A stretch of DNA of 32,000 bases from Haloferax volcanii DS2. Lineage in GTDB: Archaea; Halobacteriota; Halobacteria; Halobacteriales; Haloferacaceae. Where the stretch lies: NCBI RefSeq assembly GCF_000025685.1, contig NC_013967.1:1590001-1622000 (forward strand), given 5' to 3'. The notes beneath the pieces are model-generated. The model had not been told where the DNA came from and did no database searches. It was given only the letters and a program-made list of their open reading frames with translations. The position numbers and the translations under genes are program-made. Position 1 is the stretch's first letter. Each line of letters opens with the position of its first letter. Positions 1 to 13,074 of this stretch are shown here, one piece after another.

Positions 1-96
1 CGGTTCGGCTACCCGCGGCTCTCGTGTCAGCTTCGCGTCGACGGGCCGCTAACTGTCGAACTGGTCGAAAAGGTGGTGTGGGGCGGTCGGGAGTAG
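1..96 (+). CDS. 3' end of a CDS cut by the window edge; C-terminus resembles a 2Fe-2S ferredoxin
   Basis: Frame 1 reads RFGYPRLSCQLRVDGPLTVELVEKVVWGGRE and stops at TAG 94-96. The 'RLSCQ...v..l.ve' pattern is typical of adrenodoxin/putidaredoxin-type 2Fe-2S ferredoxin C-termini. Only 31 codons are visible. Confidence 0.35.
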   Translation, partial: RFGYPRLSCQLRVDGPLTVELVEKVVWGGRE

Positions 97-158
97 CGGA
101 GTAAATCAACCAGTGCGAGCGAAGACGGGGCGCGCTCTGAGTTGCAACACTGAGAGAA

Positions 159-399
159 TCCGCGCTCCCCGATTTGAACTCACTCGCAACGCTCCGCGTT
201 GCTCGCTGCTCAAATCGGGTCGAGGAGTCCTTCACATTCAACACCGCTCGCTACGCTCGCGGGTGTTGAAGTTCAGTCCGCTCTCCCCGATTTGAACTCA
301 GTCAGACGACGCGTTCACTTCGTTCACGCGCTGCGACTGACCTGCTCAAACCGGCTCGACCGGATTTTGCAAGCAAAATCCGCTCTCCCCGATTTGAAC
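159..399 (-). repeat. Three direct copies of the terminal 21 nt of tRNA-Tyr (T-loop to discriminator), about 104-118 bp apart
   Basis: Plus-strand TCCGCTCTCCCCGATTTGAAC occurs at 379-399 (inside the intact tRNA) and 277-297 (identical). At 159-179 it has one mismatch (TCCGCGCT...). The two extra units also share TCGAsCC.GwTTTGAGCAG plus an internal hairpin on the minus strand. Confidence 0.85.
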
Positions 400-452
400 G
401 GGGGACAAGCCGATCTACAGTCGGCTGCTCTGCCAGGCTGAGCTAAGAGCGG
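379..452 (-). tRNA. tRNA-Tyr (anticodon GUA)
   Basis: The minus strand folds by eye as CCGCTCT TA GCTC AGCCTGGCA GAGC A GCCGA CTGTAGA TCGGC TTGTC CCCCG TTCAAAT CGGGG AGAGCGG A, 74 nt. The anticodon loop is CU-GUA-GA. CCA is not encoded, and a TTTT run follows. Confidence 0.9.
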
Positions 453-525
453 TCAAGAGAATCTCAATCCACGGGCAGACTTAAGAATTCTCATTCCGGG
501 CGGCGAAGCGCCCGACGACGGGTGA

Positions 526-2613
526 TTACTCGTCGGTCGTCGCTGACTCAGCGCCGTCCGCAGACGCCGACTCAGCACCGTCCGACTCGTCGTCTTCGGT
601 GTCAGTGTCGGCGTCGGTGTCACCGCCGTCCGACTCGGGGTCGAGGTCGTCGGCGCTCGTCTCCCGGACGCGGATACCCTTCCCGGCGAGGTGTTGCATC
701 TGGCGCTGGGCGAAGTCCTCTTCGCTCGTGCCGCGGGTGGCGAGCACGTAGACGAGCGCGCTCCCCGTCGGGCGCATGGTTCGGCCGGCGCGCTGGGAGC
801 CCTGCCGGCGAGAGCCGCCGAGGCCGGAGGCGACGATTGCGAGTCCGGCGTTCGGGAGGTCGATGCCCTCGTCGCCGATGCGGGAGATGACGAGCGTGTC
901 GAGGTCGCCGTCGCGGAACGCCTCGAAGTACGCCTCGCGGCGGTGATGGCGGGTCTCGCCGCTGACGAACGGCACGTCGAGCGCCTCGGCAATCGCCTCT
1001 CCCTGGTCGAGGTAGTCGACGAAAACGAGCGTCTTCGAGTCGGCGTGACGGGCGCGGAGCCGACGAATCTCGAATATCTTCCCGGGGTTCATCGCGGCGA
1101 GCATGTGCCGCTCGCGGCCGTCGCTGGAGGCCCATTCGTTTCTGGCCATGTCGTCGCCCCAACCCACGTAGCGAATCTCGACTTCGGGCTCCTGAACGTA
1201 GCCGGCGTCGAAGAGCTTCCCCCAGTCGGTGCCGATAGGCGGGCCGATGAGCGTGAAGATCTCTGCTTCCTTGTCGTCCTCGCGGATGGGCGTCGCCGAC
1301 AGCCCGAGGCGGTGTTTGGACTGGAGGTCGGCGCTCCGCTGGAAGACGCGACTCGGGATGTGGTGGGCCTCGTCGTAGATGATGAGCCCCCAACGCCGCG
1401 AGTCGAAAAGCGAGCGATGGCGGTCCATCCCGGCGGTCTGGTAGGTGGCGATTGTGACCGGGCGAATCTCTTTCGCGCCGCCGTGATACTCGCCGATTTG
1501 GTCGGCGTCGAGGTCCGTCGTCGAGCGGAGTTCCTCGCGCCACTGGCGGGCGAGTTCGCGACTCGGCACGAGAATCAGCGTCTCGCCACCGACCGCGGCG
1601 AGCGCGCCGATGCCGGCGATGGTCTTCCCCGCGCCGGGCGGCCCGACGAGGACGCCGGCGCGCTGGTCGACGAATCGGTCGACCCAGTCTCGCTGGTAGT
1701 CGCGGAGGTCGACGCCGAGCGTAACGTCGAGTTCCTCGCCCTCTTCGAGGTCGCGGTCGTCCTCGACGGGGTAGCCCGCGTCGTAGAGGATGCGCTTTAT
1801 GGCCGCGATTTCTTCGTCTCTGACCCACGCCTCGGTGTCGGAGATGGGGGCGTAGACGTGGTCGTCGTCGAGTTTCTGGAGCGCGACGTTGCCCATGAGG
1901 CTCTCGGTGGCGGCTTCGAGGACGGTGTATCCCTCCTCGTGAGAGTAGAGGCGGAACTGGTGGGCGCGCTTCCACTGGTCTTCGACCCACGCTTCGAGGT
2001 GCGGCGACCGCTCGGGGAGGACCGACCGAAGCATCGAGAGGAGCGAGTCGACGTCGTCGAAGGGTGCCTGCCACACGTCTTCCTGCCGAATGCGGTAGAG
2101 GTAACCGCGGCCGCGGCCCTCGCGGTCGCCGGTGGTGTCCGCGAGGTGCGCAAACTGCGAGAGTCGCGCCCGGGTGTACTGGGTCGGGTTGTCGACGACG
2201 ATTTCGCGGCGTTTCGGAAAGAGGACGACCCGCTCGCGCGAGGCGAGGTCGCCCCACTCGGTCGGATACCAGACGACCGGGTCGGTCTCGACGTTCACCC
2301 GCTGGACTCGCCCCGCACCGGCGAGCGCGTCGAGTCCGTCCATCGCGTCCGCCTGCGAGACGCCGAGGCGGCGAGCGACCTGCTGGGCGGTCACCACGGG
2401 CCGGCCCTCGGATTCGAGCGCTTCGTAGAACGCTGCGAGCGAGACGCCGTCGGCAATTTCGCTCGGTTGGTCCGCGTCGACGGTGGACGCGTCGGGCACG
2501 TCGGATACCTCGGTTACGTCGGCCAATCGGTCGAGCACGTCTCGGGACGCGCCGGCCCCGTCGATGTCGCCGTCTCCGTCGGGAGGACTTTGGTCCTCGT
2601 CCTCGGCAGTCAT
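526..2613 (-). CDS. rad25: XPB/Rad25-type SF2 DNA helicase, long form with an acidic N-terminal extension (695 aa from the ATG at 2613)
   Basis: Motifs seen: Walker A VGPPGAGKT, motif II IIYDEAHH, LSATPIREDDKE (XPB RED motif) and a motif VI-like GSRRQGSQRAGR. Composition is acidic halophile-type. The track ORF starts at 2691, but MTAEDEDQ at 2613 is the more plausible start. Confidence 0.85.
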   Translation of the reverse strand: MTAEDEDQSPPDGDGDIDGAGASRDVLDRLADVTEVSDVPDASTVDADQPSEIADGVSLAAFYEALESEGRPVVTAQQVARRLGVSQADAMDGLDALAGAGRVQRVNVETDPVVWYPTEWGDLASRERVVLFPKRREIVVDNPTQYTRARLSQFAHLADTTGDREGRGRGYLYRIRQEDVWQAPFDDVDSLLSMLRSVLPERSPHLEAWVEDQWKRAHQFRLYSHEEGYTVLEAATESLMGNVALQKLDDDHVYAPISDTEAWVRDEEIAAIKRILYDAGYPVEDDRDLEEGEELDVTLGVDLRDYQRDWVDRFVDQRAGVLVGPPGAGKTIAGIGALAAVGGETLILVPSRELARQWREELRSTTDLDADQIGEYHGGAKEIRPVTIATYQTAGMDRHRSLFDSRRWGLIIYDEAHHIPSRVFQRSADLQSKHRLGLSATPIREDDKEAEIFTLIGPPIGTDWGKLFDAGYVQEPEVEIRYVGWGDDMARNEWASSDGRERHMLAAMNPGKIFEIRRLRARHADSKTLVFVDYLDQGEAIAEALDVPFVSGETRHHRREAYFEAFRDGDLDTLVISRIGDEGIDLPNAGLAIVASGLGGSRRQGSQRAGRTMRPTGSALVYVLATRGTSEEDFAQRQMQHLAGKGIRVRETSADDLDPESDGGDTDADTDTEDDESDGAESASADGAESATTDE

Positions 2614-2842
2614 CGAAGCCGAATACGGTCGCGACGGGGAAACGGCTTGCGACACCGGGGCCCGTGACGCGAGTGAGGGAACCAGCTGCACGCGAGGGTT
2701 CAGGGGGAGCGGAGGCGGAAGGAACGAAGGGAGAGCGAGGAGAAAGCGAGGAGCGAACGAGCTGAGTGCGAGAAGACAGAAGCGACTCGGCTTCGTCGAA
2801 GCGGTCCCCCGTTGAAACGACGTTATCGGGACGGAGGCGATA

Positions 2843-3325
2843 CTATCGGGACGTGCTCGACCGCGCGGGAGCCATCCGGTCGAACACGGCCCGAAAGTCG
2901 TCGTCGACGGTGAGGAACTCGGGGAACTCTTCGAGCGTCCGGACGCCGTCGAGATAGACGTACTCGACCGGCTCGGGGGGAATCTCCTCGAAGACCTGAA
3001 CCGGTCCCCGTTCAGCGAGACCGACGAACGGCCGTCCCTCCGGGTCGGTCTGCGGCGTCAGTTCGTGTTCGAGGTAGAGCTTCGCCATCACGAGCGCGCT
3101 CGCGAGCGGAACCTGACCGGGAGTCAACTGCCACGTGACCTCTCGGTCTTCGTAGTGGACGGTGGTCACGTAGCCGTCGTCGAACCGGAAGCAATCGACT
3201 CGCTCCCCCGGGCGCGACCACCGCGTCTCCGTCGAACGGGAGCGTTCGAGAGACCACGCTCCGTCGTCGTCGCGATTAAACACGACCTCTCCGAGGCGCA
3301 CCCACAAGCGACTGAGCGCACGCAT
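2843..3325 (-). CDS. hypothetical protein (160 aa)
   Basis: Clean ORF with acidic composition, co-directional with and upstream of the helicase. No motif recognised. Confidence 0.55.
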   Translation of the reverse strand: MRALSRLWVRLGEVVFNRDDDGAWSLERSRSTETRWSRPGERVDCFRFDDGYVTTVHYEDREVTWQLTPGQVPLASALVMAKLYLEHELTPQTDPEGRPFVGLAERGPVQVFEEIPPEPVEYVYLDGVRTLEEFPEFLTVDDDFRAVFDRMAPARSSTSR

Positions 3326-3447
3326 ACGTTACCGATTCGTCCCCCTGGGTAATTGCATTGACGCCACGGGAACGACACAGTCCGTCGGGGGAGAACGTTT
3401 CGAGGCTCGTTCCGGGAGGCTACGCACGGATGCACGAGAGTCGCATG

Positions 3448-4698
3448 CACACCACGTTTCCGGTGAACGAGTGAGAGCTAAGTTCGGTCCGAGACCGGTG
3501 TAGACGTCGGTGTCGGCAGGTGACGGCTCGGCCGGGTCCGGTCGGTCGTCGACGACTCACCACATCGTGTTCGCGACACCCCACACCTCGCTTCCGGTGA
3601 ATCCCGAGACCGGGTGAGACGGGTAGAGACACCACGTTTCCGGTGAATGAGGGGAAGATAGAGAACCGGAAAACCCGGTCACAGAGCCGGGATACCACGA
3701 GCCGTCAGGACGGAAAGCGACAGTCGGTCGCTCACCGGTCAGCTCTCCGTCGCCAACTTCGTCCGGCTCGGCGGAGAACGTAGCAACGCTGACAGACACC
3801 GTGTTTCCGGTGAAATACGATACAGGGCAGACGAGTCCCGCGGGGGTCGGAAAGCGGTCAAACAGCCGATGAGTCACGAGAGCGAGGTCACGCGCACACC
3901 ACGTTTCCGGTGAACCGAACCACGCGCCTGGCAGCGGCAAACGCATGGAAACACGGGTGTGCGCGTTCGTATCTTTCCCCTCATTTTCGGGGGCACCCGA
4001 ATCGAACCACTTATATTGAACACACCGCGTTTCCGGTGAAAACACCTGCAATAAGAGTTCTATCTGGGGAATAGGGACACTACGGGAGACCGAGATGAGA
4101 CACCACATTTCCGGTGAGTCAGCCAGGCGAGTCCATCAGGCGCGGTCCAACACTCACTCGACTCGCGTCGGGGTTCCTGTGTAGTTCAAGTAGCAATAAT
4201 TAAATAGTATATTCGTGTTAACGACCATTGATACACTCGTGAAGTAAAGAAATACTCGTAACTCGAGTACGGTTCGAATCGAACCGTTCGTCTTAGACGT
4301 GTGTTTTTCGGAGTTTGCGAGTCAGCACAGTCCGTGATTTCGGTCCGTTCTGGAGGGTCCTACGAGGTTTCGCGAACTCCCGTGAATCTGAGCGATTCGT
4401 GGCGAGACGGAACTTCACAGTCGACTCTCGTCACAGACCGCTTCCAGCAACAGCGCACACACGGCATCGGTGCCGACGTAACTCGTCAGCTTCGTGCGCG
4501 TTCTCCGTCCTCAGGTGGGACGCGAAGTGAGAGTAGCCGGCCTCGTGGGGTCAGGTAGACTCCCCCACACCGTGTTTCCGGTGAATCAATACCTCCGTTT
4601 CGTGTGGACGGAAAACCGGGGTTCGTGGGCGTTCACCGGAAACGTGGTGTGTGTGTGCTGAGTCGAATGGTAAGTCCTTTCACCGGAAACGTGGTGTG
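3448..4698. other. Chromosomal replication origin: cluster of 10 origin-recognition-box (ORB) repeats
   Basis: The 20-mer consensus is CACACCACGTTTCCGGTGAA. Plus-orientation copies lie at 3448-3467, 3582-3601 (18/20), 3628-3647, 3795-3814, 3895-3914, 4021-4040, 4099-4118 and 4566-4585. Inverted copies lie at 4632-4651 and 4679-4698. The cluster is directly upstream of orc1/cdc6. Confidence 0.9.
4181..4262. other. AT-rich putative duplex unwinding element of the origin
   Basis: TAGTTCAAGTAGCAATAATTAAATAGTATATTCGTGTTAACGACCATTGATACACTCGTGAAGTAAAGAAATACTCG is by far the most AT-rich stretch of the left 13 kb. Palindromes TACTCG-n5-CGAGTA and ACGGTTCGA-A-TCGAACCGT (4269-4287) follow it. Confidence 0.7.
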
Positions 4699-4706
4699 TT
4701 GCGAAC

Positions 4707-5912
4707 ATGCCTAACGCCAGCGACGACCTCTTCACCCGGGAGGACCCCATCTTCGCCAATAAGGAGTTGTTGGAGATTAACCACCTCCCGGGCGAGGGTC
4801 GCATCGTCGGTCGCGACGACGAGATTTCGGATCTCGCGACCGCGGTGAACCCCGCCATCTTCGGACAGAGCCCGAGCAACGTCCTCATCTACGGGAAAAC
4901 TGGGACGGGGAAGTCGCTCTGTGCGAAGTACGTCTCCCAGCGCCTCGTCGAGACGGCCGAAGAGGAGGGCGTGAAAGCGACGTTCGCCTACGTGGACTGC
5001 GCGCAGGACACGACCGAGACGCAGGCCGTCCAGACCATCGCCGACAGCGTCAACGACACCTCGATTACCGGGATAAAAGTCCCCGATAAGGGACTTTCGA
5101 CGTCGACGTACTACAAACGCCTGTGGCGCATCCTCGACTCGCTGTACGACGTGGTTCTCATCATCCTCGACGAAATCGACAAACTGAGCGACGACGACAT
5201 CCTCATGCAGCTCTCGCGAGCCGGTGAGGCGGGGAAGATTGCCGGCTGTAAGCTCGGCGTCATCGGTATCAGCAACAAGATTCAGTACAAAGACCGGATG
5301 GACGAGCGGGTGAAATCAAGCCTCTGCGAGCGCGAGTTCGTCTTTCCACCGTACGACGCGAACCAGCTTCGCGACATCATGGACGCCCGGAGCGACGCCT
5401 TCCGAGACGGCGTGTTGGACCCATCGACGATTCCGCGAGCCGCGGCGCTCGCCGCCCGCGAACACGGGGACGCCCGGAAAGCAATCGACATCCTGCGGTA
5501 CGCGGGAGAAATCGCACAGTCCATGGGGGCGAGTACCGTCAAGGAGAACTTCGTCACGCAGGCGCGCCAGCGCGCGGAGACCGACCGCTTCCGCGAGCTG
5601 ATTCGCGGGTCGACACCGCACTCTCGCTACGTGTTGCAGGCGCTCGCCATCCTCTCGCTTTCGAACGAAAAACAAGACGGCTTCCGAACGAGCCGCGTCT
5701 ACGAGGTCTACGAGAACATCTGCCGACAGCAGGGCTCCGATAGCCTGTCGCTGCGGCGGGTTCGAGACCTCCTGAAAGAACACGCCTTTCTCGACATCAT
5801 CGAGCAGTCGAAACACAGCGGCGGGAGCGCGGAGGGAAGCTACACCAAGCACCAACTGCTCGAGGATCCGGACGTGGTGAGGGACGTCCTCATCGAGAAC
5901 ACGGACTCTTGA
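4707..5912 (+). CDS. orc1: Orc1/Cdc6 replication initiator (401 aa)
   Basis: AAA+ Walker A YGKTGTGKS and Walker B LIILDEID are present. The C-terminal region is winged-helix-like. The last ORB ends 8 nt before the ATG. Confidence 0.93.
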   Translation: MPNASDDLFTREDPIFANKELLEINHLPGEGRIVGRDDEISDLATAVNPAIFGQSPSNVLIYGKTGTGKSLCAKYVSQRLVETAEEEGVKATFAYVDCAQDTTETQAVQTIADSVNDTSITGIKVPDKGLSTSTYYKRLWRILDSLYDVVLIILDEIDKLSDDDILMQLSRAGEAGKIAGCKLGVIGISNKIQYKDRMDERVKSSLCEREFVFPPYDANQLRDIMDARSDAFRDGVLDPSTIPRAAALAAREHGDARKAIDILRYAGEIAQSMGASTVKENFVTQARQRAETDRFRELIRGSTPHSRYVLQALAILSLSNEKQDGFRTSRVYEVYENICRQQGSDSLSLRRVRDLLKEHAFLDIIEQSKHSGGSAEGSYTKHQLLEDPDVVRDVLIENTDS

Positions 5913-6083
5913 TTGGAGAATCGAACTCTCGATCGGGGCGTGTGAGGGCCGAACCGGCTAGCGGGAACGCCGTACCACCGCAGGCGTACCTCCGTAGAGT
6001 GGCCTCTTATAGTTTATTGCATAATCGTGTGACTGGAATATTCACGCGTGACCGACCCGGTCACGCCCGTTGTCGGCGCCGAC

Positions 6084-6869
6084 TCACGGTTCGAGGCGGT
6101 CAATCGGCACTGATGTCGAGCGGACCGACTCGTACAGGATTTCGACCCACGAAACGACTTCCGACGCGTCGCCGTCAACGAGGGCCGTCAGGTTGTTGTG
6201 TTCGTCGTAGGCGGAGACGAGACCGTGGCCGTCGACCACGAGCAGGCCGAAATCGAGGTTCTCCTCGGTGACTCGAAGTTCGAACTGGTCAAGGTCCCGC
6301 GCACGCTCGAAGGAGTCCGGGTAGGCGTCCATCGAACGCTCGAGGACGCCGCGGTCGACGATGAGTTCCATCCGAGTATCTTCTCCCAGCACCGCTTCGG
6401 CCGATTCGTTGAACACACGACTCACGATGGGCGTGACTCCGCGGAAGCGGTCGACTGGTTCGCTTCCGACGATAGTCAAGTACCTGTTAAGCGGCGCGTG
6501 CGGGTCGTTGTCCGCGGCGGTCGTGATGTTCATCTGACCGAGGACACCGGGCGGGGCGTTCTCACAGATGTCTGCGGCGTTCGCCAGGAACTCGCTCATT
6601 CGGTCGGCGCATTCGACCGTCTCTATGAACCGCTCGTACCGTTCGTGGACCATCGTTCCGCCCGGCGTAAGGTGATACAGTCCGTCGGATCTCTTTTTCG
6701 CCCATCCTCGGTCACAGAATCCTGCGAGTGTCCGCTGTGCCGTCTCTCGGGCGCAGTCACAGTGTTCCGCGAGCGCTGTCGGTCGACGTGGTTCGACCGC
6801 CAACGCCCGGAGAATCGCCTCTCGACTCTGTGACCCAACGAGAAACGCTACGTCCTCCCGCGCACTCAT
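6084..6869 (-). CDS. winged-HTH transcriptional regulator with a DUF1724/FilR1-like C-terminal domain (261 aa)
   Basis: The N-terminus FLVGSQSREAILRALAVEPRRPTALAEHCDCARETAQRTLAGFCDRGWA...YHLTPGG is an ArsR-like wHTH. The long C-terminal domain architecture is recalled from haloarchaeal and methanogen regulators. Confidence 0.65.
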   Translation of the reverse strand: MSAREDVAFLVGSQSREAILRALAVEPRRPTALAEHCDCARETAQRTLAGFCDRGWAKKRSDGLYHLTPGGTMVHERYERFIETVECADRMSEFLANAADICENAPPGVLGQMNITTAADNDPHAPLNRYLTIVGSEPVDRFRGVTPIVSRVFNESAEAVLGEDTRMELIVDRGVLERSMDAYPDSFERARDLDQFELRVTEENLDFGLLVVDGHGLVSAYDEHNNLTALVDGDASEVVSWVEILYESVRSTSVPIDRLEP

Positions 6870-6954
6870 GTACCTCTGTTACACTGTTCGCCATTTCACA
6901 CTTATGGGTGTTCAGACACCTAGCACCGCGAAAAATCGGATAGTTCGGGAGCGC

Positions 6955-7515
6955 CTAGCCGAGCAGTCCAAGCGCGTCGATGCGCTCGACGATTTCCTCG
7001 ACGGCGGTTTCCGCGTCGTCCGTCCGCTTTCCCCCGGTGATGACGATTTTCCCGGAACCGAAGAGGAGGATAACGACTTTCGGTTCGTCCATCCGGTAGA
7101 CGAGGCCGGGGAACTGCTCCGGCTCGTACTCGACGTCTTCGAGACCGAGCCCGATGGCCAGCGCGTTCAGGTTCAGGTTGTGTCCGAGGTCCGCGCTGGA
7201 AACGATGTTCTGGACAGTTATCTCTGGCTCGTCGTCGACGGGAATCTTCAGCTCACGGAGCTTATCGAAGATAATCCCGAGTGCGTCGTGCACGTCGTCG
7301 ATACTTTTCGCGCCCGTGCACACGATCTTCCCCGACCGGAAGATGAGCGCAGCGGCTTTCGGGTCCTGGGTGCGATAGACGAGGCCCGGGAAGTTGTCCG
7401 GGTTGAAATCTGCACCGGGGAGGTCGTCGGCGAGGGCTTCGAGGTCGAGCTCCTGACCGATCCCGGTCGATGCGACTACGTTCTGAATCTCGATGGAGTC
7501 TGCCGGCCCACTCAT
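6955..7515 (-). CDS. tbp: TATA-box binding protein (186 aa from the ATG at 7515)
   Basis: Two TBP repeats are visible: IQNVVAS...FPGLVYR...LIFRSGKIVCTGAKS and VQNIVSS...FPGLVYR...LLFGSGKIVITGGK. The track ORF's 29-aa N-terminal extension (to 7602) is not TBP-like. Confidence 0.95.
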   Translation of the reverse strand: MSGPADSIEIQNVVASTGIGQELDLEALADDLPGADFNPDNFPGLVYRTQDPKAAALIFRSGKIVCTGAKSIDDVHDALGIIFDKLRELKIPVDDEPEITVQNIVSSADLGHNLNLNALAIGLGLEDVEYEPEQFPGLVYRMDEPKVVILLFGSGKIVITGGKRTDDAETAVEEIVERIDALGLLG

Positions 7516-7543
7516 TGCTCGCACGTGAATCGTACCTCCGGCC

Positions 7544-7565
7544 TTATAAAGCGACCCGTTATAAA
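7544..7565 (-). promoter_or_regulatory. Putative TATA boxes of the tbp promoter
   Basis: Minus-strand TTTATAA occurs at 7550-7544 and again at 7565-7559. The proximal box is centred about 32 nt upstream of the ATG, which fits a leaderless or short-leader haloarchaeal transcript. Confidence 0.45.
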
Positions 7566-7722
7566 CCGACTTCAACGGGTCGATTCTATCGACACCTCGC
7601 ACGCACGCGAAACTAATACATTGATTTCTCGCTCAGTCTAATTGATGTCACAATTGACCGCGCGTGAAGTTATGGCACGCCTCGTGTCTATTTTTCTCAC
7701 AGAGCCACTAAATCAACGGGGT

Positions 7723-7757
7723 TAAATGTATCCCGGGCATTCGGATTAATGCGAAGA
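7723..7757 (+). promoter_or_regulatory. rRNA operon promoter P1
   Basis: TTAAAT box at 7723-7728, followed 18 nt from the box start by TTCGGATTAATGCGAAGA. The spacing and motif match the two other copies. Confidence 0.65.
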
Positions 7758-7870
7758 AGCGCACGGGGGCACTCCCCCCGAAAGCTTCCACCGAACGCCC
7801 CCGACCCCAAGGTCGTCAGGCGCTCACCGGGATGACACACCTTCCCGGGGGTCGCCACGATACGACGGCC

Positions 7871-7906
7871 TTAAGTGGTCCAAGGCATTTCGGATGAATG
7901 CGAACG
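7871..7906 (+). promoter_or_regulatory. rRNA operon promoter P2
   Basis: TTAAGT box at 7871-7876 and TTCGGATGAATGCGAACG at 7889-7906. This resembles the haloarchaeal rRNA promoter consensus with initiation in TGCGAACG. Confidence 0.7.
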
Positions 7907-8060
7907 ACACACCGCGATTGCAGGGCGATTCAACGCGTCCTGCCTCACCGGACCCGAACCGAACGAGGTTCGAAGGGTTTATACCCTCGAATCGCTTCGG
8001 TTCAGGTCCGAAGGAAATGAGGATTCCGCCCCTGCGGTACGCCGCAAGACGGTATCTGAT

Positions 8061-8077
8061 GTTAGCCCTAGTAGTTC
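8061..8077 (+). other. 5' arm of the 16S processing stem; pairs with 9743-9759
   Basis: GTTAGCCCTAGTAGTTC (8061-8077) is the perfect reverse complement of GAACTACTAGGGCTAAC (9743-9759). The adjacent GCGAACTCGGA / TCCGAGTTCAC extends the helix. This fits an archaeal bulge-helix-bulge pre-rRNA stem. Confidence 0.8.
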
Positions 8078-8191
8078 GGTGACATCCGAACGGATGTCAC
8101 GCGAACTCGGACCTTTGAACGGTGATTTGACAGCATATCGCTGCCATTCACCCGCCAACACCCCGCGACCAGGTTTAAATGGTCGCGACCC

Positions 8192-9664
<1,473 letters not shown>

Positions 9665-9761
9665 AACGACCGAGACCACCCCGACGGGGTGGCTCACACG
9701 CGATCTTCCGAGTTCACCAATGACACCCGTTCGGACACCTTAGAACTACTAGGGCTAACAC

Positions 9762-9833
9762 GGGCCCATAGCTCAGTGGTAGAGTGCCTCCTTTGCAAGG
9801 AGGATGCCCAGGGTTCGAATCCCTGTGGGTCCA
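9762..9833 (+). tRNA. tRNA-Ala (anticodon UGC) in the 16S-23S spacer
   Basis: GGGCCCA TA GCTC AGTGGTA GAGT G CCTCC TTTGCAA GGAGG ATGCC CAGGG TTCGAAT CCCTG TGGGTCC A. It carries the G3:U70 Ala identity pair. Confidence 0.95.
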
Positions 9834-9870
9834 TGGTAAGCAGTACTCCACTCCGAAACGATCGTGCCCC

Positions 9871-9906
9871 TTAAGTGTGGCAAGACGTTTCGAATGAATG
9901 GATACT
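9871..9906 (+). promoter_or_regulatory. Internal promoter-like module between tRNA-Ala and 23S
   Basis: TTAAGT at 9871-9876 and TTCGAATGAATGGATACT at 9889-9906. The layout and spacing match P1 and P2. Confidence 0.55.
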
Positions 9907-10000
9907 GACGACAGATGCACCATCCCGCGCAAGCGAGGTTGGGAAGGGTCGAAAACACGCCTCGGCTATCTCCGAGGGTGTTTGATGAAACCGTGTGTAC

Positions 10001-10011
10001 GTGCAATCCAG
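10001..10011 (+). other. 5' arm of the 23S processing stem; pairs with 12999-13009
   Basis: GTGCAATCCAG (10001-10011) pairs with CTGGATTGCAC (12999-13009). The inner segments GGACCCGTTCTC / GAGAACGGGTCC are also complementary. Confidence 0.75.
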
Positions 10012-10055
10012 GCGTCCACTGGACCCGTTCTCCGGGTCACAGTGACTATATCAAC

Positions 10056-12957
<2,902 letters not shown>

Positions 12958-13032
12958 ATTCATACGCACTGAGACCCGAGAACGGGTCCAGGCGCAAACT
13001 GGATTGCACGGACACATTGGTAAGACGGCCCG

Positions 13033-13073
13033 ACCGATATTGGTATGGCAACGGTTCGATTCCGTTGATCGGT
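13033..13073 (+). ncRNA. tRNA-like (acceptor stem plus T-arm) element directly 5' of 5S rRNA
   Basis: ACCGAT (13033-13038) pairs with ATCGGT (13068-13073). This encloses the T-arm-like AACGG TTCGATT CCGTT. 5S starts 2 nt later. Confidence 0.6.
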
Positions 13074-13074
13074 A

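Noticed and set aside
159-378. The two tRNA-Tyr-like units as additional tRNA genes, or as intron-containing or split tRNAs
   Set aside because: No 5' acceptor strand (CCGCTCT) is available, and the T-stem 5' arm does not pair (CTGAG against CGGGG). No cloverleaf can be drawn. They are kept only as repeats.
2614-2691. N-terminal extensions of track ORFs (2614-2691, 7516-7602, 13454-13636, 17254-17340, 24433-24627)
   Set aside because: The extensions are non-acidic and low-complexity, or overlap tRNA-Cys. Internal ATGs give N-termini matching the family (TBP MSGPADS, XPB MRIEFDEGTLLL, SWIM MNIDRER...FERG).
620-2765. Long alternative-frame and antisense ORFs over the XPB gene (620..2257, 691..2667, 2064..2765 and others)
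   Set aside because: They have extreme Arg/Pro/Gly content, typical of off-frame translation of high-GC coding DNA. The helicase frame carries all the motifs.
3420-4108. Track ORFs 3557..4108(-) 183 aa and 3420..3698(-) 92 aa
   Set aside because: They run through the ORB repeat cluster. Their repeated peptides (SPETWC / FTGN) are just translations of the 20-nt ORB consensus, so they are non-coding origin DNA.
4301-4888. Small ORFs between the DUE and orc1 (4301..4558, 4315..4530, 4586..4888, 4651..4848)
   Set aside because: They are Arg/Ser-rich, non-acidic, and overlap ORBs or the orc1 5' end. There is no support for coding.
7977-8010. Possible third upstream rRNA promoter (TTTATACC...TTCGGTTCAGG)
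   Set aside because: It only loosely resembles the P1/P2 module and lacks the AATGCGAA initiator block. It is mentioned in a finding but not called as a feature.
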